NCBI GenBank assembly: GCA_044440125.1
Contig: JBITAJ010000027.1
Location: 250,377-314,376 of the forward strand
Origin: Sedimentisphaeraceae bacterium JB056
Lineage (GTDB): Bacteria > Planctomycetota > Phycisphaerae > Sedimentisphaerales > Sedimentisphaeraceae
Length of the DNA: 64,000 nucleotides
Reading direction: 5' to 3'
Within the stretch, counting starts at the first letter, position 1; each line of letters starts with the position of its first letter. Both the position numbers and the translations under genes were made by a program. Below the pieces are notes generated by a model. It searched no databases and had not been told where the DNA came from. It saw nothing but the letters and a program-made list of their open reading frames with translations. Shown in pieces: positions 38,113 to 48,191 of the stretch.

Positions 38113-39768
38113 ATGAAAGAACAAATAATAAAACTAACAATTTGTCTTGTTCTGATATTTACGGCATCAAGCTTCGCGGATTCTTTCTTTGAAGATTTCG
38201 AGTCAACACCTAATGGTTCAATGCCAGCAGGTTGGAATGTGTATGATTATGATTCAGGTGATGCCTCCGTGGTATTTGGAGTTACGGACAGTTTTGCAAG
38301 TACTAATGTCGCAACTTCAAAAAGAGCTATGGTTACAACATCAGATTCGCCTTATGATCTATGCTATTATAATGGTAATTCTGCTGATGGAGTACCTGCG
38401 ACAAGCTGGAAAAATTATAGTGTTAGTGCTGTAATCAATTATGACGGCAGTTACTGGAGCAGTACTCAGGATTGGTGTGGTCTTGTTGGTCGTCTGCAGC
38501 CATCTACCGGTAATGCTATTGGTTGTCGTTTTAAGGGTAAAGGTGATGGGAGTGAAGAGCTTTTTATCTATACACTTATAAATAATAATGGCTCTTTCCA
38601 GCAAATTAGGCTTGGGACACTTGTTACTGATTTTGATGACAAGCAGGACTGGATTATTACACTTAATGTTTTTGATAATGACGATATTTCAGCAACTCAG
38701 GTTTGGGCTACAGCTGTTCCGGTTGATGAGAGTCAGGATCCGCTTCTTGTATCATGCGCGATCGCGTACGATGATACAAGGTTTGCTGCTGCTGGTTTGA
38801 CAAACGGCGGTTGTGCCGGAGCGATATTTTATCATGGTTCAACAAGAAAGATGAACTTTGATGATTTTACAGTAAACTTTGAAAAGCCGGAAATTATGCC
38901 GCGACTTGTAGGTCATTTCCAAAGTGATACATCATCATATTTAGGTCATGCGTATTGGTCAATAGCTGATCCTACAAATATGTATTCATGGTACACAGAG
39001 ATAGACAGTCAGGATTATGTTACAAGTGTTGCTGACGGCGTATTCAATAAGGCTCTTAATGTATGCAGTGAGTTTACAGATCCTAATACAACAGGCGCTC
39101 TTTTTGAGGGCAGTGATGAACATTATGATGACTATGAAAATGGTGTAAGGACGACAGCATTCTGGTGGAAACCTAATTTTGCTAAGCCTACTGTAACAAG
39201 CAGTGTTGAAATATGGAGCTGGGATACTTACGTTGTTACCTATAATTATGATGCTTCTACAGGTAAGGACTATCTAACCTTTACAATTCCAACAAGCTCT
39301 GGAGATGAAACCGTTTCTACAGTAGCGGCGGTTGATGCTGTTGATTTTGCTGACTATAACTTTGTGGCTTCTTCATGGTTCAACAACAGAGCATCTTATT
39401 CTGCTTCAGCTGATGCTATTGGAATAAAACTTAATGACGCAGCTCAGGTGGTTGAAACTTTAACCGGTCAGATTGTAGATGAAACAAACAGGTTCTTCGG
39501 AATATATAACGGTATTTTTGATGAGATGGTTATAATGCCTATATTCATGGATGATAATGATCTTGAGCAGGCAAGAACCAGGACAACAGAGTTTGCTCCT
39601 GACAGCACGCCAATAGACTGTGCTGATGCTATTGATGTTTATGGTCCTATGCCTTACGATCTTGATGGCAACTGCTACATTGGTACCGGTGATTTAACTA
39701 TAATGGCTTCACAGTGGCTTAACTGTATCAACCCGGGCGATTCAAATTGTGATACGCCTTGGCTTTAA
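38113..39768 (+). CDS. Secreted two-beta-sandwich (LamG-like) protein with dockerin-like tail
   Basis: Signal peptide; FFEDFE; FDDFTV; FWWKPN; NGIFDE; YDLDGNCYIG.GDL..MASQWL.C. Confidence 0.75.
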   Translation: MKEQIIKLTICLVLIFTASSFADSFFEDFESTPNGSMPAGWNVYDYDSGDASVVFGVTDSFASTNVATSKRAMVTTSDSPYDLCYYNGNSADGVPATSWKNYSVSAVINYDGSYWSSTQDWCGLVGRLQPSTGNAIGCRFKGKGDGSEELFIYTLINNNGSFQQIRLGTLVTDFDDKQDWIITLNVFDNDDISATQVWATAVPVDESQDPLLVSCAIAYDDTRFAAAGLTNGGCAGAIFYHGSTRKMNFDDFTVNFEKPEIMPRLVGHFQSDTSSYLGHAYWSIADPTNMYSWYTEIDSQDYVTSVADGVFNKALNVCSEFTDPNTTGALFEGSDEHYDDYENGVRTTAFWWKPNFAKPTVTSSVEIWSWDTYVVTYNYDASTGKDYLTFTIPTSSGDETVSTVAAVDAVDFADYNFVASSWFNNRASYSASADAIGIKLNDAAQVVETLTGQIVDETNRFFGIYNGIFDEMVIMPIFMDDNDLEQARTRTTEFAPDSTPIDCADAIDVYGPMPYDLDGNCYIGTGDLTIMASQWLNCINPGDSNCDTPWL

Positions 39769-39783
39769 TTGATATATCTGGTC

Positions 39784-39813
39784 TATACCGGGCTGTTTTG
39801 GCGGCCCGGTATA
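39784..39813 (+). terminator. GC-rich intergenic hairpin before prepilin gene
   Basis: TATACCGGGC / GCCCGGTATA perfect 10-bp inverted repeat. Confidence 0.6.
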
Positions 39814-39834
39814 ATAAAACAAAAAGGTAGTACA

Positions 39835-40746
39835 ATGAATCTCTGCAAAACTGAAAATAGAAAATTGAAAAACAAGGCTTTTACGTTAATTGAGTTGTTG
39901 GTTGTTATTTCGATAATAGCGCTTTTGATGGCTGTTATGATGCCTGCATTGGGAAAAGCACGTGAGTTGGCTAAAGCATCAATATGCAGTTCTAACCAGA
40001 AGAATTTGGGAAGTGCTTTGTCTTTATACAGCACTGATTACAATGGTAAGATACCTCCGGCTTCTGTATTAACAAGCAACGCCGGTGATAATGGCGGCGT
40101 TACTCCAGGTCCTTATGATCCGGTAGAGAAGGCTGGTTTTGGCAGGTATTGGACTGGTAAAATACAGGGTTATCTCTCTGAAAGTTCAACCTATAACGAT
40201 TCTGAAGACTGGATGAATTCTAAAGGTGCTAACGTTACATTTTGTCCTTCGAGCTGGCCTTTCAACAGGCAGAAACTTATTGAAAATAATTTAGCAGATC
40301 AATGGCAGGTATCTTATGGAATGAGATACTGGATTGATCCTCATAAAGGTAATTCAAGTTACTATCAGTATAAACGTTTGAGCAGTATAAAGACTGCGGC
40401 TGATTTTTTCCTTGTCGCTGACAGTCATACTTTTTGGTATAATGCGCCTTTTATGGGTATTCAACCGGCATTTTCAAATAAAGGTGCTGAGATAACTGAA
40501 GAAGAGGCAGTCAGTTATGCTGGGACAGGTCCAATGCTTCATGCCGTACACGCAAGGCATTCTGGGAAATCTAATCTGTTATTTGCCGATATGCATGTTT
40601 CTAAAGAAGGCGTTGATTATTTTGAGAGAATTGCCGATACTCAGAATCAGTATGTTGACGGCGATAGAGACATTATACGTGTATATACCGGATATGCTGT
40701 TAGAAGCATGCCTTCTTATTTTAATACACTTGCTGCGAGAAATTGA
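39835..40746 (+). CDS. Prepilin-type N-terminal cleavage/methylation protein (H-X9-DG variant)
   Basis: [49 protein letters not shown]. Confidence 0.9.
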   Translation: MNLCKTENRKLKNKAFTLIELLVVISIIALLMAVMMPALGKARELAKASICSSNQKNLGSALSLYSTDYNGKIPPASVLTSNAGDNGGVTPGPYDPVEKAGFGRYWTGKIQGYLSESSTYNDSEDWMNSKGANVTFCPSSWPFNRQKLIENNLADQWQVSYGMRYWIDPHKGNSSYYQYKRLSSIKTAADFFLVADSHTFWYNAPFMGIQPAFSNKGAEITEEEAVSYAGTGPMLHAVHARHSGKSNLLFADMHVSKEGVDYFERIADTQNQYVDGDRDIIRVYTGYAVRSMPSYFNTLAARN

Positions 40747-40754
40747 TTTGAGAT

Positions 40755-41750
40755 ATGAAAAAAGCTGTTTTTTTTATGACCGATGGGTTGTTTGATATTG
40801 TCTTTCATAAGGATGATATTAAGTATCTGCAACAGTATGTTGAATTGGCATTGCCCAGTTATAACTCCAAAAACTTTCTCGAAAATTTAGATAAATTCAA
40901 GGATGTGAACTTTCTGTTTTCAAGCTGGGGTGTCCCAAAGCTTGATAAAGATTTGCTTGAGGCAATGCCTTCTCTTGAGGCTGTATTTTACGCCGCAGGT
41001 TCGGTGAGACATTTTGTTACAGATTGTTTCTGGGAAAAAGATATAGCCTTGACAACCGCTTCTATGGCTAATGCGATTCCTGTGGCTGAATTTACTTTTG
41101 CTCAAATAATATGCTGTCTTAAACGTCAGTTTTATTTTATGAACAGAGTGAAGCGGCAAAGAGATTTTAGTGTAGATAGAGATGATATCGCCGGGTCATA
41201 CAAAAGTAAAGTAGGTATTATTTCTCTGGGTAATATTTCTAAAAGAGTAATAGATTTGTTGAAGCATACAAGTGTGGATATTATGCTGTACTGTATAACG
41301 GCAGATGATTGTATCGCAAAAGAGCTTGGTGTGGAATTAGCTTCAATAGAAGAAATATTTATGCAGGCAGATGTTGTTTCTCTTCATACCGCTGCCAATG
41401 AGCAAACCAGAGGTATGATAAGGGGGCATCATTTTGAGAGCATGAAGCCGGGGGCGAGTTTTGTAAATACAGCAAGAGGAATGATTGTTGAACAGGAGCA
41501 GATGATTGAAGTCCTTAAACGACGCAGTGATTTAACTGCTGTGCTTGATGTTACAACTCCTGAACCTCCATTGAAGGATTCAGTCCTGTACGATATGGAA
41601 AATGTTATACTTACTCCTCATATTGCCGGTTCAGCTGGACATGAATGTCGAAGAATGGGACGGTATATGATTGATGAGTTGGTGAGATATATTGATAATG
41701 AGCCTTTGAAGTGGCGAGTTAAAAAAGAAGATTTAAGCTATCTTGCATAA
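40755..41750 (+). CDS. D-2-hydroxyacid dehydrogenase family protein
   Basis: YAAGSV; ANA.PVAE; DVVSLH; FVNTARG; A.LDVT.PEP; LTPHIAGS. Confidence 0.9.
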   Translation: MKKAVFFMTDGLFDIVFHKDDIKYLQQYVELALPSYNSKNFLENLDKFKDVNFLFSSWGVPKLDKDLLEAMPSLEAVFYAAGSVRHFVTDCFWEKDIALTTASMANAIPVAEFTFAQIICCLKRQFYFMNRVKRQRDFSVDRDDIAGSYKSKVGIISLGNISKRVIDLLKHTSVDIMLYCITADDCIAKELGVELASIEEIFMQADVVSLHTAANEQTRGMIRGHHFESMKPGASFVNTARGMIVEQEQMIEVLKRRSDLTAVLDVTTPEPPLKDSVLYDMENVILTPHIAGSAGHECRRMGRYMIDELVRYIDNEPLKWRVKKEDLSYLA

Positions 41751-41849
41751 AGTATAAGGTATAAGGAAATAGGCATGAGGCAGAAGGAATTGCCCACGAA
41801 ACACACTGAAATCACTATCTTTAGTTATGAAGTCAATTAGGAAAATTTA

Positions 41850-43661
41850 ATGTTATATCCAATAGAAAATGAATTGAGGGAAGTTAGATGCCTTGATGGT
41901 ATCTGGCAGTTTAAGGCCGATTATGACAATAGAGGTCGTGATGATAAATGGTATGTTGATAAGCTTTCTGATCCGATTAATATGGCTGTACCCTCAAGTT
42001 ATAATGATATAACGCAGGAGCTAAGTTTACGTAATCATATTGGTGATGTTTGGTATCAGAAAGATTTTGTATTGCCCAACAGTTGGAATGGTAGGCGGAT
42101 ATTTATTCGTTTCGGCAGTGTAACTCATCATTGCAGCGTATGGGTAAATGGTGAACAAGCCGCATCGCATAAGGGCGGGTATCTTCCATTTGAAGCGGAT
42201 ATTTCTGATATTGTCAAGTATGGCGAAAATAATGTTTTGACGGTTGTTGTTAATAATGTATTAGATTGGACGACTCTTCCTCCCGGAGAGGTTGTAGATG
42301 CACCAACCGCTAATTCAAGACTCAATCCCCATACGCCTGAATATCCTGACTCCTATAAGATTCAGGATTATTTTCATGATTTTTTCAATTATGCCGGTAT
42401 ACACAGGTCGGTTAAATTATGTGCGGTAAACAGTGAATATGTTGAGAGTATAAAGACAGAGACTTCCTATGATCAAGCCGGTCATGGGTTTGTCAATTAT
42501 TCTGTCAAAACTTCAACGGGCAGGGGTGGGTTGAACCTCAAGCTGTATGATGAACAAGGTCAATTGGTTGCATCTGGTCATAGTCATACAGGTAAGCTTG
42601 TTGTTGAAAATGTAAATTTGTGGCAGCCGGGCAATGCTTATCTTTATAAATTATGCGTAGAGCTTTTTGAGCAAGATGGCAGTATAGTTGATAAGTATTC
42701 TATGAATGTTGGAGTCAGAACAGTTGAAGTAAGAGGTAAAGAATTTTTAATAAATGGAGAGCCTTTCTACTTTAAGGGTTTTGGAAAGCATGAAGACAGT
42801 GATTTCAGGGGTAAAGGATATGACGCTGTTTTGAATGTTCTTGATATGAACCTGTTGAAATGGATTGGGGCTAATTCATTCCGTACTTCTCATTATCCCT
42901 ATTGTGAGGAAATACTCGATCTGTGCGACAGAGAAGGTATTGTTGTCATTGATGAATCGCCTGCTGTCGGACTTATGTTTAATGCTAACGCAAGAGGCAG
43001 TGGAGATAAGGTATTTTGTGAAGAGAAAATTGGTAAAGATGCTCTTTCTCATCACCGTGATGTAATGAAGGAAATGATTGACAGGGATATTAATCATCCT
43101 TGCGTTGTGATGTGGAGTGTTGCCAATGAAGCGGCTGTTTATGAGGATGGGGCAGTGGATTATTTTAGAGAGATTGCTGATTATACTCGTAAGCTTGACC
43201 GTTCCCGACCAATCACAAATGTAATAAATATGCCGGCACAAAGATGCAAAGTCTCTCAGTTTTTTGATGTGGTGTCAGTCAATAGTTATTACGGCTGGTA
43301 TTGGAATCTTGGTGATATAAGCAGTATTGATAGCCGGTTAAGTAAAGATATGGAGAATTACTATAATAAATTCAATAAGCCGGTTTTGATAACTGAGTAT
43401 GGGGCTGAGACTATTGCCGGTTTGCATAATGCACCGGCATTGATGTTTACAGAAGAATATCAGTGTCAAATGCTTGATGCGTATCATAAGGTTTTCGATA
43501 GATATGATTTTGTTATCGGTGAGCATGTGTGGAATTTCGCGGATTTCATGACGAAGCAGGGAACATCAAGAGTACTTGGCAACAGAAAAGGTGTTTTTAC
43601 TCGTCAGAGGCAGCCTAAGGCGGCAGCTCATCTACTTAAAGAACGTTGGACTCAAAATTAA
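41850..43661 (+). CDS. uidA: Beta-glucuronidase (GH2)
   Basis: HDFFNYAGIHR; GFGKHED; NSFRTSHYPY; WSVANE; TEYG; WNFADF.T.QG..RV.GNRKG.FTR.RQPK (GUS NxKG motif). Confidence 0.93.
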   Translation: MLYPIENELREVRCLDGIWQFKADYDNRGRDDKWYVDKLSDPINMAVPSSYNDITQELSLRNHIGDVWYQKDFVLPNSWNGRRIFIRFGSVTHHCSVWVNGEQAASHKGGYLPFEADISDIVKYGENNVLTVVVNNVLDWTTLPPGEVVDAPTANSRLNPHTPEYPDSYKIQDYFHDFFNYAGIHRSVKLCAVNSEYVESIKTETSYDQAGHGFVNYSVKTSTGRGGLNLKLYDEQGQLVASGHSHTGKLVVENVNLWQPGNAYLYKLCVELFEQDGSIVDKYSMNVGVRTVEVRGKEFLINGEPFYFKGFGKHEDSDFRGKGYDAVLNVLDMNLLKWIGANSFRTSHYPYCEEILDLCDREGIVVIDESPAVGLMFNANARGSGDKVFCEEKIGKDALSHHRDVMKEMIDRDINHPCVVMWSVANEAAVYEDGAVDYFREIADYTRKLDRSRPITNVINMPAQRCKVSQFFDVVSVNSYYGWYWNLGDISSIDSRLSKDMENYYNKFNKPVLITEYGAETIAGLHNAPALMFTEEYQCQMLDAYHKVFDRYDFVIGEHVWNFADFMTKQGTSRVLGNRKGVFTRQRQPKAAAHLLKERWTQN

Positions 43662-43679
43662 AATAATATAAGGAATTTC

Positions 43680-45707
43680 ATGAATCTTTTATTTATAGAC
43701 TGGGTAGTGATATTAGCCGTAATGGGTATTATAATAGGTATTGCGGTGTGGGCTAACCGATACACTCTTGGTGTAGCTGATTTTTTAGCAGCCAATAGAT
43801 GTGCGGGCAGATATTTATTGAGTGTAGCCGGTAATGTTGCTGCTGTCGGTGTTATTACAATTGTTGCACAATTTGAAAAATTCTATGAAATTGGTTTTGC
43901 ATCAGCCTTTTGGTATGACATCATAAACCCGTTTGCATGGGGATTGGCACTTGGCGGCTGGGTAACCTACAGGTATCGTCAAACCAAGGCTATGACAATG
44001 GGACAGTTTTTTGAGATTCGTTACAGCGGTAAATTTAGAATATTCAGCGGTATTGTAGCATGGGTTTCAGGAATTATCAATTATGGCGTTTTTCCTGCTA
44101 TAACCGCGAGATTTTTTATATATTTTTGCGATTTGCCGAGGTATTCAATTCCGTTAGGTCCATTCGAGATGGATATAACCCTTGGTATAGTGATGTTTGT
44201 ATTTTTGTCAATCGCTTTGCTTGTTTCGCTTTCAGGTGGGCAGATTGCTGTAATGATAACGGACTTTTTTCAGGGAATCGTATTTAATATTACATTTTTA
44301 ATACTTCTCGTATTTTTGTCTTATAAGTTTGGGCTGTCAAATATTGTCGATTCAATTAAGGATGCTCCTGCCGGAGAGTCGCTTGTGAATCCTTTTGATC
44401 AGGCTAACGTAAAGGGGTTTACATGGGTCTTTTTTGCATTGCTTGCGTTTAGAATGGCTTATTCAAAAAATGCGTGGCAGGGTAACCAGGGATATTATTG
44501 TGCCGCAAAAAATGCACATGAGGCAAGAATGGCTAATATACTTGGCACATGGCGGGCAATTGTTACTGTTTTAGTAATCTTGATGATACCTTTGGCTGTT
44601 TATATGATATTAAATACTGATATTAATCCGGGGATTGCTTCTGAAGCTAATGCGGCATTGGACAAGATAGGTGATGAGCATATAAGAACACAGCTTACGG
44701 TTCCTGTTGTTTTGCGATTTTTGCTTCCTCCCGGGCTTATGGGGTTATTTTGCGCTATGATGATTGCAGCGGCTATTACAACGGATGATACAAGTCTGCA
44801 TTCCTGGGGGACAATGTTTATACAAGATGTTTACATGCCGCTCAAAAAGCGTAAGGAAGCTTTAGCTCCTAAAAAACATTTGAAATTATTGCGACTTTCA
44901 ATGGTGTTTGTGGCTTTATTTGCATGGGTATTCAGTATGTTCTTTACGTTACAGGATTATATCTGGATGTTTTTCTTTATAACGGGAGCTATCTATATTT
45001 CAGGTGCAGGCTCTGCTATTATAGGCGGGTTATACTGGAAACGGGGAACTAAACAGGGTGCTTGGGCAGCAATGATAGCGGGTATGGTTCTTGCTTTCAC
45101 AGGTATAGTATTGCAGAATATAGTATGGAAATTTCTGCCTGTTTGGAAAGAGTCGCACCAGGATATCAAGTGGTTGCAAAATATACCGGATTCTTTTCCT
45201 CTTAATGGTATGGAAATGATGGGTATATGCTATGCCGTATCAATGATTATGTATATCGCTTTCTCTTTGCTCAGTAAACCTGACCCTGATTTTGATATGG
45301 ATAAAATGCTACATAGAGGCAAGTATGCAGAGAAGACTGATACAGGTGATGATAATAGTTTAAGTAAGCTTTCACGAGTTTTGGGTATTACAAAAGAATT
45401 TACTGCATTTGATAAATTTATTTATTACGCAACATTTTTTTGGGCAATACTCTGGGGTAGCTTATGGATAATTGTTTTTACTTATCAGAAGATAGCTAAT
45501 CCCGGTAATGATTTCTGGGCGGCTTATTCTAAGTTCAGGGTTTATCTTATCGCATCGATTGGAACTGTTTGCGTCTTTTGGTTCCTGTTTGGTGGCATTC
45601 GTGATATGATTCATCTTCAAAGAGATTTGTCAAGTGCTAAGCGAGACAACAGTGATGATGGGTCTGTTGTTAATCATCAATTAGGTAGTGAAGCTTCAGA
45701 GGAGTGA
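43680..45707 (+). CDS. Sodium:solute symporter family transporter
   Basis: Paralogue of 17372-19633: FLAANRCAGRY, RQTKAMT..QFFEIRY, LHSWG.MFIQD, GGLYWK.GT. Confidence 0.9.
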   Translation: MNLLFIDWVVILAVMGIIIGIAVWANRYTLGVADFLAANRCAGRYLLSVAGNVAAVGVITIVAQFEKFYEIGFASAFWYDIINPFAWGLALGGWVTYRYRQTKAMTMGQFFEIRYSGKFRIFSGIVAWVSGIINYGVFPAITARFFIYFCDLPRYSIPLGPFEMDITLGIVMFVFLSIALLVSLSGGQIAVMITDFFQGIVFNITFLILLVFLSYKFGLSNIVDSIKDAPAGESLVNPFDQANVKGFTWVFFALLAFRMAYSKNAWQGNQGYYCAAKNAHEARMANILGTWRAIVTVLVILMIPLAVYMILNTDINPGIASEANAALDKIGDEHIRTQLTVPVVLRFLLPPGLMGLFCAMMIAAAITTDDTSLHSWGTMFIQDVYMPLKKRKEALAPKKHLKLLRLSMVFVALFAWVFSMFFTLQDYIWMFFFITGAIYISGAGSAIIGGLYWKRGTKQGAWAAMIAGMVLAFTGIVLQNIVWKFLPVWKESHQDIKWLQNIPDSFPLNGMEMMGICYAVSMIMYIAFSLLSKPDPDFDMDKMLHRGKYAEKTDTGDDNSLSKLSRVLGITKEFTAFDKFIYYATFFWAILWGSLWIIVFTYQKIANPGNDFWAAYSKFRVYLIASIGTVCVFWFLFGGIRDMIHLQRDLSSAKRDNSDDGSVVNHQLGSEASEE

Positions 45708-45710
45708 TAT

Positions 45711-48173
45711 ATGTTTAGAGTTATTTTAGCAGTTACATTTTTATGTTGTTTGAATTGTTTTTCTGAGCCTTTGGAGATAGTCGCTGATGGGGCATCTGAA
45801 TATAAGATAGTTATAGGTTCAGGTGCTGTAGAATCTGTAAAGACAGCGGCAGAGGATTTGCAGCATTATATCCAAAAGGCTACCGGAGTAAGGTTGCCGG
45901 TAGAGAAAGTTGATGATTTTACAGGTTTTAACGGTCAGCGGAAAGCTATCGTAATAGGTGTTAACGATTATACCAAGCCTTTTAGTTGTAAGCTGTCTTC
46001 TCTCAAACGAGAGAGTTGTGTAGTTATAAATGATGGCTCTAATCTAATCATAGCGGGAGATGATACTGCAGGTAATCCTTTAAGCAGCAAGCTTACTACT
46101 ATGGCAGGTTCCTGGATTGGTGTGAGTGAATTTTGTGAAAAGCATCTTGGTATAAGGTGGTTTTTACCGGGTGAGAAATGGGAGTATGTACCTCATGTAG
46201 AGTCATTGGTGCTGGATGATATTGATGAAGTGTATGAGCCGGATTTTGTCAGCAGAAGGATAGCCCCTAATTATGTAGGGCACGATCCGCTTAATCCCAA
46301 ACGTGCAGGATTGCGTAAAGAAGAGCTTATGAAGTGGCTTAGGAGAAATGGTGGTGGGGCAGGTATGATTGGCAGACCTACACATTCGGTTGATAAGATT
46401 ATGGCACCGTTTGTTAAGAATAATAAATATATTGGTCGTCCTGAATGGCTTGCTCTTTATGATGGTAAGAGGATGATACCTAAAACCGAGAGTGATTTTA
46501 AGCATTGGTATCGTTTTCATCTTTGTACATCAAATCAACGAGTTCGGGATATAACGGTTGATTATGTGCTGAATTTCTTTAAAGAAAATCCTGAATACGA
46601 TGTGTGCGGTATAAGCATGACAGATGGCGACAGATATTGTCAATGCGAAAAATGCAAGGCGCAGGATGCAGAGGGTACTGATTCCAAGACAGATAGATTT
46701 ATGGATTTCTTTGTGTATGTCGCCAATGAGGTAGCCAAAGTATATCCAGATAAAAAAGTTGGCACATACATTTATTCATATTACGTTGATCCGCCTGTTA
46801 AGGAGATTGATATTCCTGACAATTTGTATATGGTTCATGTGCAAAACGGTACGAGTCTTCAGAGCAGAGAAGAGGCTGATAAAATTATTGACAGAATAAA
46901 TTCATGGGGCAACCTTAGCGATAATATGGATTTCTACAGTTGGCCTGTAAGTCATGGTTTTTTCAGTTTGCCTTTGAGCAATACAAAATGGATTACAGAA
47001 CATTTGAAGACGCTGTATGAGAATGGCTATAATGGTTATAATTGCCTTTTCTACGGTTCTGTTCATGTAAGACAACCTGATATTTATCTATGGATACAGT
47101 TACTTTGGGATATAGATAAATCGCCGGAATCGGTATTGAATGAGTTTTATAACAAGCTTTACGGCGGAGCTGCAGATGATATAAGGTCTTATTTTGAACT
47201 GATTGAAAATAACATACTCAAGGTTAATGAAGAGAATAATCTTCAGAAAGACAAGGGTGATGATGCCGTACTCAAATATGAAGACCTCATAACTGCATCT
47301 TACGCTGATGTTTTGGCGGATGCCGGTGAGATTCTTTTAAGAGCAAAAGATAAAGTTTGTTCTGATGAGAGGATTGCTTACAGGGTTGATGTGCTTCTAA
47401 AAAATTATCATTATCTCAAAATGATAACGGAAGCGATTGATATTGGCAGGAAAAAAGACAACAATCTTGCCACTGCCGACCAGATTAAAAGGCTTGAGCA
47501 TTTGCGTATTAAATTTGCTCAATTTTTGATTGATAATGGCAATACTGATGTTGTCGATATTGTGGATATTAGTTATATTCCTTCGTATGGCAGGGAAGAT
47601 ATAGCTCGTTATCTTCTGATACCAAAGGATATAGACAGATATTATAGTGTAGAAATAGACAAAAGACCCGAATCGAGATGGAAGGGGCTGGATTTTGTAT
47701 ATGTCAGTCCTACCGAGGCATTGCAGGCTGATTTGTTGGTTTCACTGCCTCTGCGTTGGAATTTCAAGCTTGATAATTCTAAGATAGGCGAACAGCAGCA
47801 ATGGCTTAATAAGCCAATCGATGAGAGTTACCAAGAGATACGCATAGACCGCCCATGGAATAAGCAAGGTGTTGATAAGCGTGGTATCGGGTGGTATAAG
47901 ACGCAGCTAAGTGTCCCTTCTTTTGAGTCTGGTTCAAAAATATGGCTTCTTTTTAATGCTGTTGACGGTAAAGCTAAGGTTTGGATTAACGGTGATTATG
48001 CCGGTTCGCAAGATGCTCCTGTATATAAGATGTGGAATAAGCCATGGGCATTGGATGTTACTGATATGCTCAAACCCGGCAGTACTAATTCTATAGCCGT
48101 TAAAGTGCTTAAATATGACCCTAATGGAGCGGTCGGTATTTGGAAACCGATTGAATTAAAGATAGAGCGTTGA
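45711..48173 (+). CDS. DUF4838-type secreted protein with GH67/GH20-like N-domain and GH2-type sugar-binding C-domain
   Basis: AAEDLQ.YI.K.TG..LP; LGIRWFLPG; LCTSN; DG..YCQCE.C; GIGWY...L.F.AVD..A.VW.NG...GIWKP. Confidence 0.7.
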   Translation: MFRVILAVTFLCCLNCFSEPLEIVADGASEYKIVIGSGAVESVKTAAEDLQHYIQKATGVRLPVEKVDDFTGFNGQRKAIVIGVNDYTKPFSCKLSSLKRESCVVINDGSNLIIAGDDTAGNPLSSKLTTMAGSWIGVSEFCEKHLGIRWFLPGEKWEYVPHVESLVLDDIDEVYEPDFVSRRIAPNYVGHDPLNPKRAGLRKEELMKWLRRNGGGAGMIGRPTHSVDKIMAPFVKNNKYIGRPEWLALYDGKRMIPKTESDFKHWYRFHLCTSNQRVRDITVDYVLNFFKENPEYDVCGISMTDGDRYCQCEKCKAQDAEGTDSKTDRFMDFFVYVANEVAKVYPDKKVGTYIYSYYVDPPVKEIDIPDNLYMVHVQNGTSLQSREEADKIIDRINSWGNLSDNMDFYSWPVSHGFFSLPLSNTKWITEHLKTLYENGYNGYNCLFYGSVHVRQPDIYLWIQLLWDIDKSPESVLNEFYNKLYGGAADDIRSYFELIENNILKVNEENNLQKDKGDDAVLKYEDLITASYADVLADAGEILLRAKDKVCSDERIAYRVDVLLKNYHYLKMITEAIDIGRKKDNNLATADQIKRLEHLRIKFAQFLIDNGNTDVVDIVDISYIPSYGREDIARYLLIPKDIDRYYSVEIDKRPESRWKGLDFVYVSPTEALQADLLVSLPLRWNFKLDNSKIGEQQQWLNKPIDESYQEIRIDRPWNKQGVDKRGIGWYKTQLSVPSFESGSKIWLLFNAVDGKAKVWINGDYAGSQDAPVYKMWNKPWALDVTDMLKPGSTNSIAVKVLKYDPNGAVGIWKPIELKIER

Positions 48174-48191
48174 TACAAGCGAGTGAAGTTG

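Noticed and set aside
41748..41815. Degenerate short repeats (TATAAGG x2, CACGAAACACAC) before uidA
   Set aside because: Too short and degenerate to distinguish from chance.
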